Shown: one piece after another, positions 37,633-47,170 of the stretch
Numbering within the stretch: the stretch's first letter is position 1
Layout of the letters: each line of letters begins with the position of its first letter
Origin: a virus
Strand: one strand, 5' to 3'
DNA length: 64,000 nucleotides
IMG/VR virus record: IMGVR_UViG_3300001765_000030
Span: 64,001 to 128,000 of that record
Notes under the pieces: generated by a model
What the model was told of the DNA's origin: nothing
Databases searched by the model: none
Seen by the model: only the letters and a program-made list of their open reading frames with translations
Made by a program: the position numbers and the translations under genes

Positions 37633-40620
37633 CTATTTGATAATTTTAATATCTATGTCTGGTTTAAATATGATATTCCCGTTTCGGATATCCTCGAGAT
37701 TTTCATTGGCAACTTTATTTTTTATGGTAATAACACCATCGTCAACAATATCATTATCATGGTAAACTGTATTACATCTACCGTATGGGATATCGTTAAC
37801 TTTATACAATTCAAAATACTTTACACCAATGACTTTAGATCTTACATAATCTAACATTTCCACAAAAGAAACTTCATTTGATGTAGATGCACTTCGAATG
37901 TATTTGACAATTTCTGCAATTATCGCGCTTTTAATAATAGTTTCATCAAGGTCGTCAGTTTCAAGTTTAACTCCAATTTTTAAAGTCAGAGCTAACGATT
38001 TCAACAACTCTTTTTTATTATTGTCGACGTCGATGTAGTAGTAATTACCTGCTACAGTATTGTACACGCCAAGCTTTGCAGAAGAACCTGTTGGACTGAC
38101 TGATAACCATGAATCGACTCGCGATACCATATCATTCAACGCATTCATTACGGTTTCATAACCGCTACCGAAATAGATTCTATCAATAAGAGGGATCTCT
38201 CTTACTTCATAAATCATATCAGTGAATACTGGAATTTGGTTTCCGTTTTCATCAACTTTAACATCGCCAATGTCATATTTAAACTTTGGTAATCCGGCAT
38301 CATTAAGTTTTATCTCACCTTTTCTATGAAGAACTTTATTCATCTCATATTCTCGAGGAACATTGTTCGAATCGATTATAAGATTTTTATCTTTCTTTAT
38401 AGAACCGTCAGGATTTGTATCATAGACAATACTATCATATCTTTCATACATACTATCTGTTGGATTTTCAAAATCCTCCGCAGTATACTTCAAATATTCA
38501 GTATTGTTAGATTTTAAATCCACAATAGGTCTAATGATATCCGTTAAGTCTTTGAAGAGAGAAATATTTGTGACAGAGTATACAACTGAGATATCTCTGA
38601 ACCCCATAGCTCTATCTGATAAAGATAGATAATTTGAGTATTTAGGATTATCTTCAGGAGTTGTACCAATAAATGATACTACGATATCAACATCAATTTC
38701 TGAATCAATGTAGTATTTGTCTTTAATACTATAATCATTCTTTGGAAACTCTTCAACGCCATCGGTAATTGCGAGACCTTCGAGAGAGTTGAAAGTATTA
38801 TCTGTCACGACAGATCCTTCAACTTTATAAAACCCATCTGAAATTTCAGTGATTAATATATTATCTCGTTTTATAGAATATTTATAATCTTTATAAACAC
38901 TCTTAATAACGATTTTAATATCGATCTGCTCTTTATTGAGTATCTGATCGGGATTAAACAACTCACTTATCTGCAGATTAAATACAAATTTGTAAGTTTC
39001 ACTGTCATTTCCAGAGATCATACTCAACGGATTTCGACGAACTGCAAGAAGATTGATACCAGCTTCAGAAACAGATCCCTCATTATAATATTCAAAGATT
39101 GTAGGATATGTTTGATTAATAGCCATATCCAATACTCTTGAATTCACATAATGGTTTTCAACGTTGAAAAACATGAAATAAGGGAAGAAGTATTCTCTAT
39201 TTGATAAGCTAGTGTTGTTGAAATCCTTAACATAATCTTCAGGCAGAATTGTTACAGTGGATTGTTTAAATACGCCATCTTGTCCAGATCTGAAGAAATT
39301 CTTAGGAGTTATCAAACTATTGCTATCTGATACACGAACTGTGCCGGGAATTGTTAAGATTTGAGACCCTTGATATTCCAAAAAACCAATGGTTTTGAAA
39401 TATATATCCAGAATGTCAAATCTTTCTTTGGTAATTCTCATACCATATTCTTTAGCAATCAATTCCAATTCTGAGAGTGTAACATTCTTACTGTCAGATT
39501 TACGTATCACGTAATTTCTGAGATCATCAAGTTCCATCTCATTACGACCATTTACAGCTTCTGGGCCGTTTATAGATACAGCTGGATACATAAGGAATAT
39601 TGCATCTTGTTCAGGAATATCTCTTTCTTGAACAAAAGTTATTTCATTGATAGGAGGCGTCTCAGTATTCCAATTGTTAATGAAGAAGTTTCCATCTTCA
39701 CCTTTAGTTGTATACGTAACAATCTTTAGAAAAGATCCTCTAGCAGGCGAGAAGTTTGAACTATCTCTATGAAATTTTATAGTGTAGGATTTGTTGCTGA
39801 GAATTCTATCGTTTAAGCTGAAGTTATAACCTCCAGTATTTACAACACCATCGGGAGTTCCCTTAAGTATTCTAAATTCATTCTCAAACTTTTCTTTGTA
39901 TAGAACTTCAAAAGCATACAAATTGTCCATATATGGCACATTTATTTCATATTCCTTTTGAGAAATATTCATAGATTCCATATCTATAATTTTTCTAGAG
40001 TATTGTTTCATTTGAATTTTCATCATGAAATGATCAACATTGTCAATTCTCTGGAAGTAACTCTTTACAAAAGGATTTGATAAAGGAGGAGTAACATCAC
40101 TCACATCATCTACATACTTCGCAAAGTAAGTATACTTGGCAGGATCTAAACGTTCTGCAGGATTACTAAGATTTCCAGCAAATCGTATATAAATATCAAT
40201 ACCATAATCCATTGTAAATTCTGGTTTATCCATCAATGAAATAATAGTATTTTTATTTATTGTAACCTTTTTAAGATTCTCATTTTGAGAAACTCCTCCA
40301 TCGAGAAGTTCTTTTATAGGAAACCCTACCGTAAATGTAAATACTGAAGGGTTTCCAAATATCCCTGTAAGCTGGGTTGAATCTAAGTTTCTGACAAGAC
40401 TCCTGCGAGTCTTAGCAGTATACTTTGTTGATTCTTGTTTAACCATCAAAAACTCGTAGAAATTTGCTGAAACCATAGATCCAATTTGATCTAGATATAA
40501 ATTCATAAACGAAGTTGGATTTGTAGATCCAACTTCGTTCTTTCCGAGTAACGAAGATGATACCGCTTCGGTAAAATGATTTATAGTACCGGCAGTACTT
40601 TTAATATCTCCTATTGCCAT
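37633..40620 (-). CDS. Putative baseplate wedge protein, 995 aa
   Basis: TAKTRRSLVRN and NGRNEMELDDLRNYVI resemble baseplate-J/gp6-like motifs. Confidence 0.55.
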   Translation of the reverse strand: MAIGDIKSTAGTINHFTEAVSSSLLGKNEVGSTNPTSFMNLYLDQIGSMVSANFYEFLMVKQESTKYTAKTRRSLVRNLDSTQLTGIFGNPSVFTFTVGFPIKELLDGGVSQNENLKKVTINKNTIISLMDKPEFTMDYGIDIYIRFAGNLSNPAERLDPAKYTYFAKYVDDVSDVTPPLSNPFVKSYFQRIDNVDHFMMKIQMKQYSRKIIDMESMNISQKEYEINVPYMDNLYAFEVLYKEKFENEFRILKGTPDGVVNTGGYNFSLNDRILSNKSYTIKFHRDSSNFSPARGSFLKIVTYTTKGEDGNFFINNWNTETPPINEITFVQERDIPEQDAIFLMYPAVSINGPEAVNGRNEMELDDLRNYVIRKSDSKNVTLSELELIAKEYGMRITKERFDILDIYFKTIGFLEYQGSQILTIPGTVRVSDSNSLITPKNFFRSGQDGVFKQSTVTILPEDYVKDFNNTSLSNREYFFPYFMFFNVENHYVNSRVLDMAINQTYPTIFEYYNEGSVSEAGINLLAVRRNPLSMISGNDSETYKFVFNLQISELFNPDQILNKEQIDIKIVIKSVYKDYKYSIKRDNILITEISDGFYKVEGSVVTDNTFNSLEGLAITDGVEEFPKNDYSIKDKYYIDSEIDVDIVVSFIGTTPEDNPKYSNYLSLSDRAMGFRDISVVYSVTNISLFKDLTDIIRPIVDLKSNNTEYLKYTAEDFENPTDSMYERYDSIVYDTNPDGSIKKDKNLIIDSNNVPREYEMNKVLHRKGEIKLNDAGLPKFKYDIGDVKVDENGNQIPVFTDMIYEVREIPLIDRIYFGSGYETVMNALNDMVSRVDSWLSVSPTGSSAKLGVYNTVAGNYYYIDVDNNKKELLKSLALTLKIGVKLETDDLDETIIKSAIIAEIVKYIRSASTSNEVSFVEMLDYVRSKVIGVKYFELYKVNDIPYGRCNTVYHDNDIVDDGVITIKNKVANENLEDIRNGNIIFKPDIDIKIIK

Positions 40621-40629
40621 TTTATCATC

Positions 40630-41916
40630 CTATATAAATAAAAGTTTATTTCCGTTAATAAAAGGAGTTCTAGCCCATATCGTCGCATTTTCCAATTCTC
40701 TTTCATAATCCATAGAATCATCAAATTTTCTTGGAAATTGAAGATTAAATCTATCGATCAATATTCCAATATTGTTTTCCTCAAGAGGCATTACCGCATT
40801 GAAACCTCCTGCAGGAGTTCCTTTGGTCTTATTAGCAAGTGTAGTTGCACCATAATTTGTAAATGCAGTCTGCATTGCCAACCAATTGAAGTCTGCAATA
40901 ATTTTAGGATTCATTGGCTCGTACGAGTTGTATGCATACGATATACTTACTTCATCAAACTCATCGAGCTTATTTTCTCTACTATGATTCAATGTATTCA
41001 TTGGCACACTTATTGGAAAACAACCTGTCAACTTTGCAAATCTAAGTATAGTCTTATTATCCTCGGCAAGTTTAAATACATACATTGAAATTGTATAATC
41101 TATACATCTTTCTTGGATATATCTAAGTCTTGGAGAAATAGTTCCTCTACAAACTTCTTGAATATACTGCAAGTGTAAATAATGTGATAGAAACATTGGA
41201 GATCTATACGCATCTTCAAACGTTACAGTAACTTCACCTATAGAATCATATCCGTCAGCACCTGAAGCATATGTTAACTGACGACCCATAAAGTCACCTT
41301 CAGTTTCATACTTATCCAATGTAAAGTCTTTCAATCCAGTCAATTCTTTACACAAATTACTTTTAAGAGGATCAAAGAATGAATCGGTTGAAAACGATGA
41401 ATCTAATTTTTTCGCATCTCCTCCGTCGGTAGATGGATCATAATCCATAGTTTTATCTCTTGTAGGATACTGTAATAAGTCCACAACAAGTTGTCCGACT
41501 TCGGATTGCATTGAATATTTCAAAAATGCCATTCGATTTACAGTAGATGCGCTTAGATTCAAATCTGGTCTAGTGAAGAACACATACGAATTTCCAGGCT
41601 TTTGAGGATCGAGTCCAAGAGTTTGCATATTTCTATTGAAATTCGTAGAATACGTTTTCAAAGGATCATCAAAATTTAACCCTACACTCGTGAGAGCATT
41701 TGAATATCGTTTAATTATATTATTGATGAGGGTACTGTCTACTCCGGATCCTTCACTATACTGCTTTCCGAATGTTGAGACATTTTCAACTATTGATTTA
41801 CGTATATGCTCCGTTAAATCATCGTTATCTAATGGCCGTTTCACACTACTTGTGGAAGATGCAGTAGTAATTCCAGGAATGACATTACTGAAATCAAAAT
41901 TGTCTTCAAGTGCCAT
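40630..41916 (-). CDS. Tube-fold baseplate/tail initiator protein
   Basis: YVFFTRPDLNL and DYTISMYVF...FAKLTGCFPISVP motifs. Confidence 0.6.
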   Translation of the reverse strand: MALEDNFDFSNVIPGITTASSTSSVKRPLDNDDLTEHIRKSIVENVSTFGKQYSEGSGVDSTLINNIIKRYSNALTSVGLNFDDPLKTYSTNFNRNMQTLGLDPQKPGNSYVFFTRPDLNLSASTVNRMAFLKYSMQSEVGQLVVDLLQYPTRDKTMDYDPSTDGGDAKKLDSSFSTDSFFDPLKSNLCKELTGLKDFTLDKYETEGDFMGRQLTYASGADGYDSIGEVTVTFEDAYRSPMFLSHYLHLQYIQEVCRGTISPRLRYIQERCIDYTISMYVFKLAEDNKTILRFAKLTGCFPISVPMNTLNHSRENKLDEFDEVSISYAYNSYEPMNPKIIADFNWLAMQTAFTNYGATTLANKTKGTPAGGFNAVMPLEENNIGILIDRFNLQFPRKFDDSMDYERELENATIWARTPFINGNKLLFI

Positions 41917-41946
41917 ATTACATCCTTAATTGTTCATGACTGTTAC

Positions 41947-41959
41947 ACATTGTAATGTT
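41947..41959 (-). promoter_or_regulatory. Putative late promoter
   Basis: AACA-ttacaa-TGT on minus strand. Confidence 0.7.
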
Positions 41960-41981
41960 GTGCGTGATTTATCCTCTAAAG

Positions 41982-41994
41982 AACACACTAATGT
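41982..41994 (+). promoter_or_regulatory. Putative late promoter
   Basis: AACA-cactaa-TGT. Confidence 0.7.
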
Positions 41995-42024
41995 GTAATG
42001 ATTACTTATAAATAGGAGTTTACA

Positions 42025-43275
42025 ATGAGTCTGCTATACGATATAGCGAAGAGCCTATTTGAAAAACATACCGAGAATGAGAACCAGGATATTGCAAAAA
42101 ATCTTACCAAAATGCAAGGTAAGATGAATGCTATTACAAAAATGGCTAAAGATGCAATCTTCTCATATCCTGTACTGTTTTCAGAAGGTATTGTGGCAAA
42201 CGATGAAGATCTTATGTACGCTATTTGCGGATATTTGGAGACTCAATACGCCGCATTTACAATGATCGCAATGGGTTTAAACCCAGTGTTTGCAGGTAAT
42301 GATCCAAAATCTCATATCGCAACATTCTACTCTGAGGAAAATCTTGCAGACTTTGAAAGATTTGAACTTAAACCTAATGCTACAATTAGCGTTGGTGGTG
42401 GAAAGTTTAAAAATAAAGTAACTGAAGAGCATCTTAAAGAGTACCAAAGTTTTGAAGGTGTAGATTCTGGTAGTAAAGAAATTATCAAAGAAGAAACTGG
42501 AGATTTCAAACGCGATAAACGTGGAAATCCTCTCATAGGTACTGATGGAAAAAAGATTCGTGAAACTCGCGAAATCGAACTTGGTATCTCTGCAAGACTT
42601 GCTAAACTTGAAACAAAAGTTAGATCTAGCGATCCTACAATTGTCAATGTTAAGCTTAAGATGGCTGAAAATCAACATGAAGTTGAGTTTCCTATCGCAG
42701 TTAAAGCAATGCCTCGTTTCGTAACAACTGGTGAATCTACACGGATTTTCTCATATCTTCGTGATGATAAACCTCTTGTACGTATCGTAAAACTTCTTTC
42801 TGGCGAAATCGGTCTGTTCAAAGATATTATTCTTCAAATGGAACGTGCTAAGAAAGATAAAGAACTCTATGCTAAGCTTGGAAGACATCCTTGGTTTAGA
42901 GAGATGATGGAACGTAGAACTGGTCGCAAATGGAATGGATTAGCACAGCTTATTCCAGGAATTTCCGATTTTGTTAAAGGTAGACCTGATGTACTCCCAA
43001 TCTGTTCTCTTTGTGTAACTAAAGATGAAATCGAAAAAGGTTTCAGTAATCTTTGGGCAAACATCAAGAAATCCGATGAGAATATCATGGATAAACTGAT
43101 GCTCCTGTGTCTTTGTATCGTAGATACAACTACACGAACTGTTGAATTTGACTTCTATGGTCTTAAAAACAATACCGTTATTCGTGCAGATAGCCTTATC
43201 AAAGACTATGCTGGTGGAAATAAAGATGGTAAAGATATGGAAAAATTGATCCAATCCCTTATTTATAAAGTTTAA
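42025..43275 (+). CDS. Putative virion structural protein
   Basis: Late promoter; AGGAG RBS; SEE and SFE motifs. Confidence 0.6.
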   Translation: MSLLYDIAKSLFEKHTENENQDIAKNLTKMQGKMNAITKMAKDAIFSYPVLFSEGIVANDEDLMYAICGYLETQYAAFTMIAMGLNPVFAGNDPKSHIATFYSEENLADFERFELKPNATISVGGGKFKNKVTEEHLKEYQSFEGVDSGSKEIIKEETGDFKRDKRGNPLIGTDGKKIRETREIELGISARLAKLETKVRSSDPTIVNVKLKMAENQHEVEFPIAVKAMPRFVTTGESTRIFSYLRDDKPLVRIVKLLSGEIGLFKDIILQMERAKKDKELYAKLGRHPWFREMMERRTGRKWNGLAQLIPGISDFVKGRPDVLPICSLCVTKDEIEKGFSNLWANIKKSDENIMDKLMLLCLCIVDTTTRTVEFDFYGLKNNTVIRADSLIKDYAGGNKDGKDMEKLIQSLIYKV

Positions 43276-43287
43276 TGGAGAATTAAA

Positions 43288-44463
43288 GTGACTAAAACAT
43301 TTTCGTTTGAATCATTTGCAGATCTTTTGAAGAGTGATCCTTCCAAGCTTATCGATTCAGCTTTCAAAAAGGCTGAAAAGAATAAAAAAGATGGTGAAAA
43401 AACAGGATTTTTATCTAATGTAAGACACAACACCATCGTGGCGAATATAACTGTAAAACGTTATATCGATCTCATTGAAGGTAAAAATGGTCCAACTCCA
43501 AGACGTTATATCGACGAGATTGAACAGACTGAAGGTATTTACGGTAAACGTAATTCAAAAATTCGTTTCTCTGTAAAATCTATGTCAGATCTTATCTCTA
43601 AAGCTAAACGAGTTTCTAAGAGCGGATACACTGTGCTCGATCTTCATGAACGTCTCTATAAACAGGTTAACAGTTCTAAATGGGGAGATGCTTTCAACAA
43701 AGCATATAAACTCCATAAGAAAGGTGTTAAATCTGCAACTATGGTTTTCATGAAGTATGTATTCATGGTATATGCTCTTGAATATCTAACTCTTACTCTT
43801 AGAGAGTATGCTAAAGATATTTCGATTGGATTGTTTGATGAAGTTAACAAAGCTTACACTTCAAAATATCGTTCATTCGTATCCGCTACTGCAGAAAACG
43901 TTGTGCCTATCGTAGTTTCTTGCGAAAACACTTCAGATCCTAAAAAATATGTAGACGGTGTGATTAAAATCGAAAAGAAGAAATCTTCTGAAGAAAATTA
44001 TCATATCGATACTATTAATCCTGATCTGGATAAAGTTTCTCAGGAAGATGCTATCGGTGCGGCTGTAATGTATGGTGCTCTTAGTATTGTAGTTGCAATC
44101 GCTGTAGTTCATGGTTTGAGATATATCATTTACTCATTATCATGCCTTACAGTTGATATCTCCAAATCTCTTATCGATCAATCTTATACTCTTCTTGTAG
44201 GGATTGAGCATCTTGAAACTAAACTTTCAGGATTGAAACCAGATTCAAGAGAATATAAAGAGCTTCAGACTACAATCGAGAAACAGAAGCAGATGACTGC
44301 AGTACTGATCGATGTTGCTCGGCAGCTTTCTGGGGATGACATTGAAAGTCTTGATGACATCCGTTCCAAAGAACTCCAGGATAATGACACTATTGAAGAT
44401 TCTGAATCTGAAGAGGATGAAGATAATTCTGGAAATAGTGGTTCTGGCGGTCTTGATATCTAA
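43288..44463 (+). CDS. Putative processed virion protein with hydrophobic helix
   Basis: GTG start behind GGAG; SFES, SSEE, SQED motifs; AAVMYGALSIVVAIAVVHGL segment. Confidence 0.6.
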   Translation: MTKTFSFESFADLLKSDPSKLIDSAFKKAEKNKKDGEKTGFLSNVRHNTIVANITVKRYIDLIEGKNGPTPRRYIDEIEQTEGIYGKRNSKIRFSVKSMSDLISKAKRVSKSGYTVLDLHERLYKQVNSSKWGDAFNKAYKLHKKGVKSATMVFMKYVFMVYALEYLTLTLREYAKDISIGLFDEVNKAYTSKYRSFVSATAENVVPIVVSCENTSDPKKYVDGVIKIEKKKSSEENYHIDTINPDLDKVSQEDAIGAAVMYGALSIVVAIAVVHGLRYIIYSLSCLTVDISKSLIDQSYTLLVGIEHLETKLSGLKPDSREYKELQTTIEKQKQMTAVLIDVARQLSGDDIESLDDIRSKELQDNDTIEDSESEEDEDNSGNSGSGGLDI

Positions 44464-44488
44464 ATAATGAATATATACTGATATTAAT

Positions 44489-44501
44489 AACATATTAGTG
44501 T
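44489..44501 (+). promoter_or_regulatory. Putative late promoter
   Basis: AACA-tattag-TGT. Confidence 0.7.
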
Positions 44502-44606
44502 ATGAATAAACCGTATGATATTCGATAAAAGCTTTGACGGGTTTCAATTATCGTGTTGAGTACAACGATTTACAAAACAAATATCGTAATTTTGTGGAGG
44601 AAAAAG

Positions 44607-45707
44607 ATGAATGATCTTTCTCTTGAGAGCATGATTGGCAGCCTGTTTCAGGAAACTGCTAAATTCGGCCTTGAATCAGAAGACCTTGTAGATGAAACTG
44701 GTGAAGTTCCTGCGGAAATCACTGACGTTATCGAATCTGACGAATATGAAACTGGTACTGTTGCTGATGAAGTAACTGGAACAGACGAACCTGACGGTGA
44801 TGAAGTTGTAACTGGTGATGTTGCTACATCTGAAGTTCCTGCTGGCGACTCTCCTGCTCTTGCTGAAGAATCTGCTCGCCACCTGGGTGATGCTGCTCTT
44901 ATGGCATTTGCACTCCGTACTGCTGAATCTTATCAGTGGTCTAACGAGTCTGAAGACAACGTGTTCAAAAAATTCTGGGCATGGATCAAAAAGATTTTTG
45001 AAAAAATCAAACTTGGTCTTGTCACTTTCTTCCGTCGCGTTTCTATCTGGATCGCCGGCGACATGAAGAAATATGAAAAATGGGCTCGTGAAAACAAATC
45101 AGATCTTGCAAAAGCTGAAGGTAATGCTAAAGCTATGGAAGTTACAATGAAACTGAAACTCCCTCAGGCTGGTGCGCTTAAAGAAACTCGTGCGAGCATT
45201 GTAACTTTTGTTGACCTTGTTACCAAAAAATCTGGCGCGATCGCTAGTGACAATGCTGATGAGTTTAAATCCATTCTCGAAACTGCTGACAAAAACACAG
45301 TTAAGAAAATGAATGAAACTATGTATGGTAAAGATGCATCTGCTAAAGAAGTTAAAGCTTCTGAGTTCCTTAAAACTCTTGAAAATGGAACATCTGGTTT
45401 CGGCGCAGCTCTTGCGACTATTTCTGCTGACATTCGTAAACAGAATGAAGGTAATGCAAAGCTCATTAAAGATGCATCTGAAGCAGTAAAAGTTGCAAAT
45501 ACTAATGCTAATGGTAATTCGAATGCTACTGATGATCAGAAAAAGAACCGTAAGAAAAACGCTCAGGCGTTCCAGATTATGCTTAACAATGCAACCCAGG
45601 TGAACATTTGGGCTACATCAGAGCGTATCAAAATTGCTGGTAACGCGCTTCGTTTTGCTCAGAAAGTTCTCGCGAAACATAAAGGTTCTGCTGAGAAAAA
45701 AGATTAA
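44607..45707 (+). CDS. Abundant internal head protein (paralog A)
   Basis: Start moved to ATG 44607 behind GGAGG; acidic propeptide with SLES, GLES, TAES, SNES; very strong codon bias. Confidence 0.65.
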   Translation: MNDLSLESMIGSLFQETAKFGLESEDLVDETGEVPAEITDVIESDEYETGTVADEVTGTDEPDGDEVVTGDVATSEVPAGDSPALAEESARHLGDAALMAFALRTAESYQWSNESEDNVFKKFWAWIKKIFEKIKLGLVTFFRRVSIWIAGDMKKYEKWARENKSDLAKAEGNAKAMEVTMKLKLPQAGALKETRASIVTFVDLVTKKSGAIASDNADEFKSILETADKNTVKKMNETMYGKDASAKEVKASEFLKTLENGTSGFGAALATISADIRKQNEGNAKLIKDASEAVKVANTNANGNSNATDDQKKNRKKNAQAFQIMLNNATQVNIWATSERIKIAGNALRFAQKVLAKHKGSAEKKD

Positions 45708-45733
45708 TCTTTTATCGGCATTATCAATATCTG

Positions 45734-45759
45734 AGAGACTGCGGGAAACCGCAGTCTCT
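45734..45759 (+). terminator. Intrinsic terminator
   Basis: AGAGACTGCGG-gaaa-CCGCAGTCTCT then T-tract. Confidence 0.9.
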
Positions 45760-45772
45760 TTTTATTCTTCGA

Positions 45773-45785
45773 AACATATTAATGT
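45773..45785 (+). promoter_or_regulatory. Putative late promoter
   Basis: AACA-tattaa-TGT. Confidence 0.7.
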
Positions 45786-45815
45786 GATAAATAGATACTC
45801 TAATTGGAGATTAAT

Positions 45816-47090
45816 ATGAAAAGACGATTCCTTACAGGCGATGTATCTCTGGAAGATGCTATTGTTCAAGTAACACTCAAACGCGATAGAATTCTTGGTC
45901 TTGAATCAAATGACCTCACATCTGTTGATGATGATGGTGTTGAAGAAGAAGATTTCGGTATTACAAATATTCTTGAAGATGATATCACTTACAATTCGAT
46001 AACTCTCTCACAAGAAACACAACGATACCTTACAGACGCAAAACTTCTCGATTATGCTCTTCGTGCTGCAGAAAATCATCTATGGGCTTCAGAGGGTGGT
46101 GGCGCAATAGCTGCTATGCGTATGAGACGTAAGCCTCATGGTACTGACAGTAACGTAGGAGATTCACATTCAAATCATTCCAATAATATGGAAGATGAAG
46201 AAGATCTTCTCAAACTTCCATTAGGTACAGATGAAAATGAGCCTGTTGAAGGTGAAAAAATCTCTACAGAAGCTGAATCTGACACTGCAGTAAACAATGA
46301 TAGTGCTTGGAGTAAATTTTGGAAATTCGTTAAACGGATATTCGAAAACATTCGTATTGCAGTAGTATCCTTCTTCAAACGTGTTTATATTTGGATTGCC
46401 GGAGATATGGCGAAATTTACCAAATGGTATAATGAATATGAACCTAAGTATGGTAAAGAGATTCGTGAGAGCGAAGTAACTCTTAAGATTAAACCTATCA
46501 AACTTAAGTTTGAAGAGTTTAATTCTACTACTCGTAAAGATTTCGATGAAGTTATTAAAACTGCTGAAGATGGTGCTAAAGTTCTTGAGGCTGGTATGAC
46601 ATCACAAGTTGTGTCAACTAGCATAACAACTGGACGTTTCTTCAAGAAAGTTACAGTAACTTCAAACTCTATCGATTATAAAGAGATTGGTATCGCTTAT
46701 AAAGAAGAAGCTGATAAAGTTTCTCTTAAAACTCTAAGTGAAAAACTCTATGGAGATAATCGCGTAAGAGAAGTTAAAGCTTCTGAATTCTTTAAACTAT
46801 TTCCTTTGGATATGCTCGCTAAAGGGAATGAAGTTAAAAATATTCTTAAGACTTCCGAAGATACAATCCGCACAGCTTCACGAGGCATTAAAAGCTCCGT
46901 CAAGGCGACAAAGGTTGAAAATAAGGAGAATAGAAAACTTATTAAGACTGTTGCAAGTAACCTGCAGGTAGGTCTTAACACCATTTCAACTGGATTAGTT
47001 TGGTCTACTTCGGCTCATATTACATTGATGAATGTATGTTTGAGATACGGTAAAAAAGCTGTTAAAAAGATTCAGGGTGAAAAGAAATAA
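45816..47090 (+). CDS. Internal head protein (paralog B)
   Basis: Start moved to ATG 45816; shares KFW..KxIFE..V.FF.RV.IWIAGDM.K and EVKASEF with paralog A. Confidence 0.65.
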   Translation: MKRRFLTGDVSLEDAIVQVTLKRDRILGLESNDLTSVDDDGVEEEDFGITNILEDDITYNSITLSQETQRYLTDAKLLDYALRAAENHLWASEGGGAIAAMRMRRKPHGTDSNVGDSHSNHSNNMEDEEDLLKLPLGTDENEPVEGEKISTEAESDTAVNNDSAWSKFWKFVKRIFENIRIAVVSFFKRVYIWIAGDMAKFTKWYNEYEPKYGKEIRESEVTLKIKPIKLKFEEFNSTTRKDFDEVIKTAEDGAKVLEAGMTSQVVSTSITTGRFFKKVTVTSNSIDYKEIGIAYKEEADKVSLKTLSEKLYGDNRVREVKASEFFKLFPLDMLAKGNEVKNILKTSEDTIRTASRGIKSSVKATKVENKENRKLIKTVASNLQVGLNTISTGLVWSTSAHITLMNVCLRYGKKAVKKIQGEKK

Positions 47091-47099
47091 CTCTAGGTT

Positions 47100-47127
47100 A
47101 ATATAGGGGGAGATATCCCCCTATATT
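47100..47127 (+). terminator. Intrinsic terminator
   Basis: AATATAGGGGG-agatat-CCCCCTATATT. Confidence 0.85.
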
Positions 47128-47135
47128 TTAACTTA

Positions 47136-47148
47136 AACATCTTATTGT
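47136..47148 (+). promoter_or_regulatory. Putative late promoter
   Basis: AACA-tcttat-TGT. Confidence 0.7.
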
Positions 47149-47170
47149 AATAAAAAATAAGGGAGCGTAT

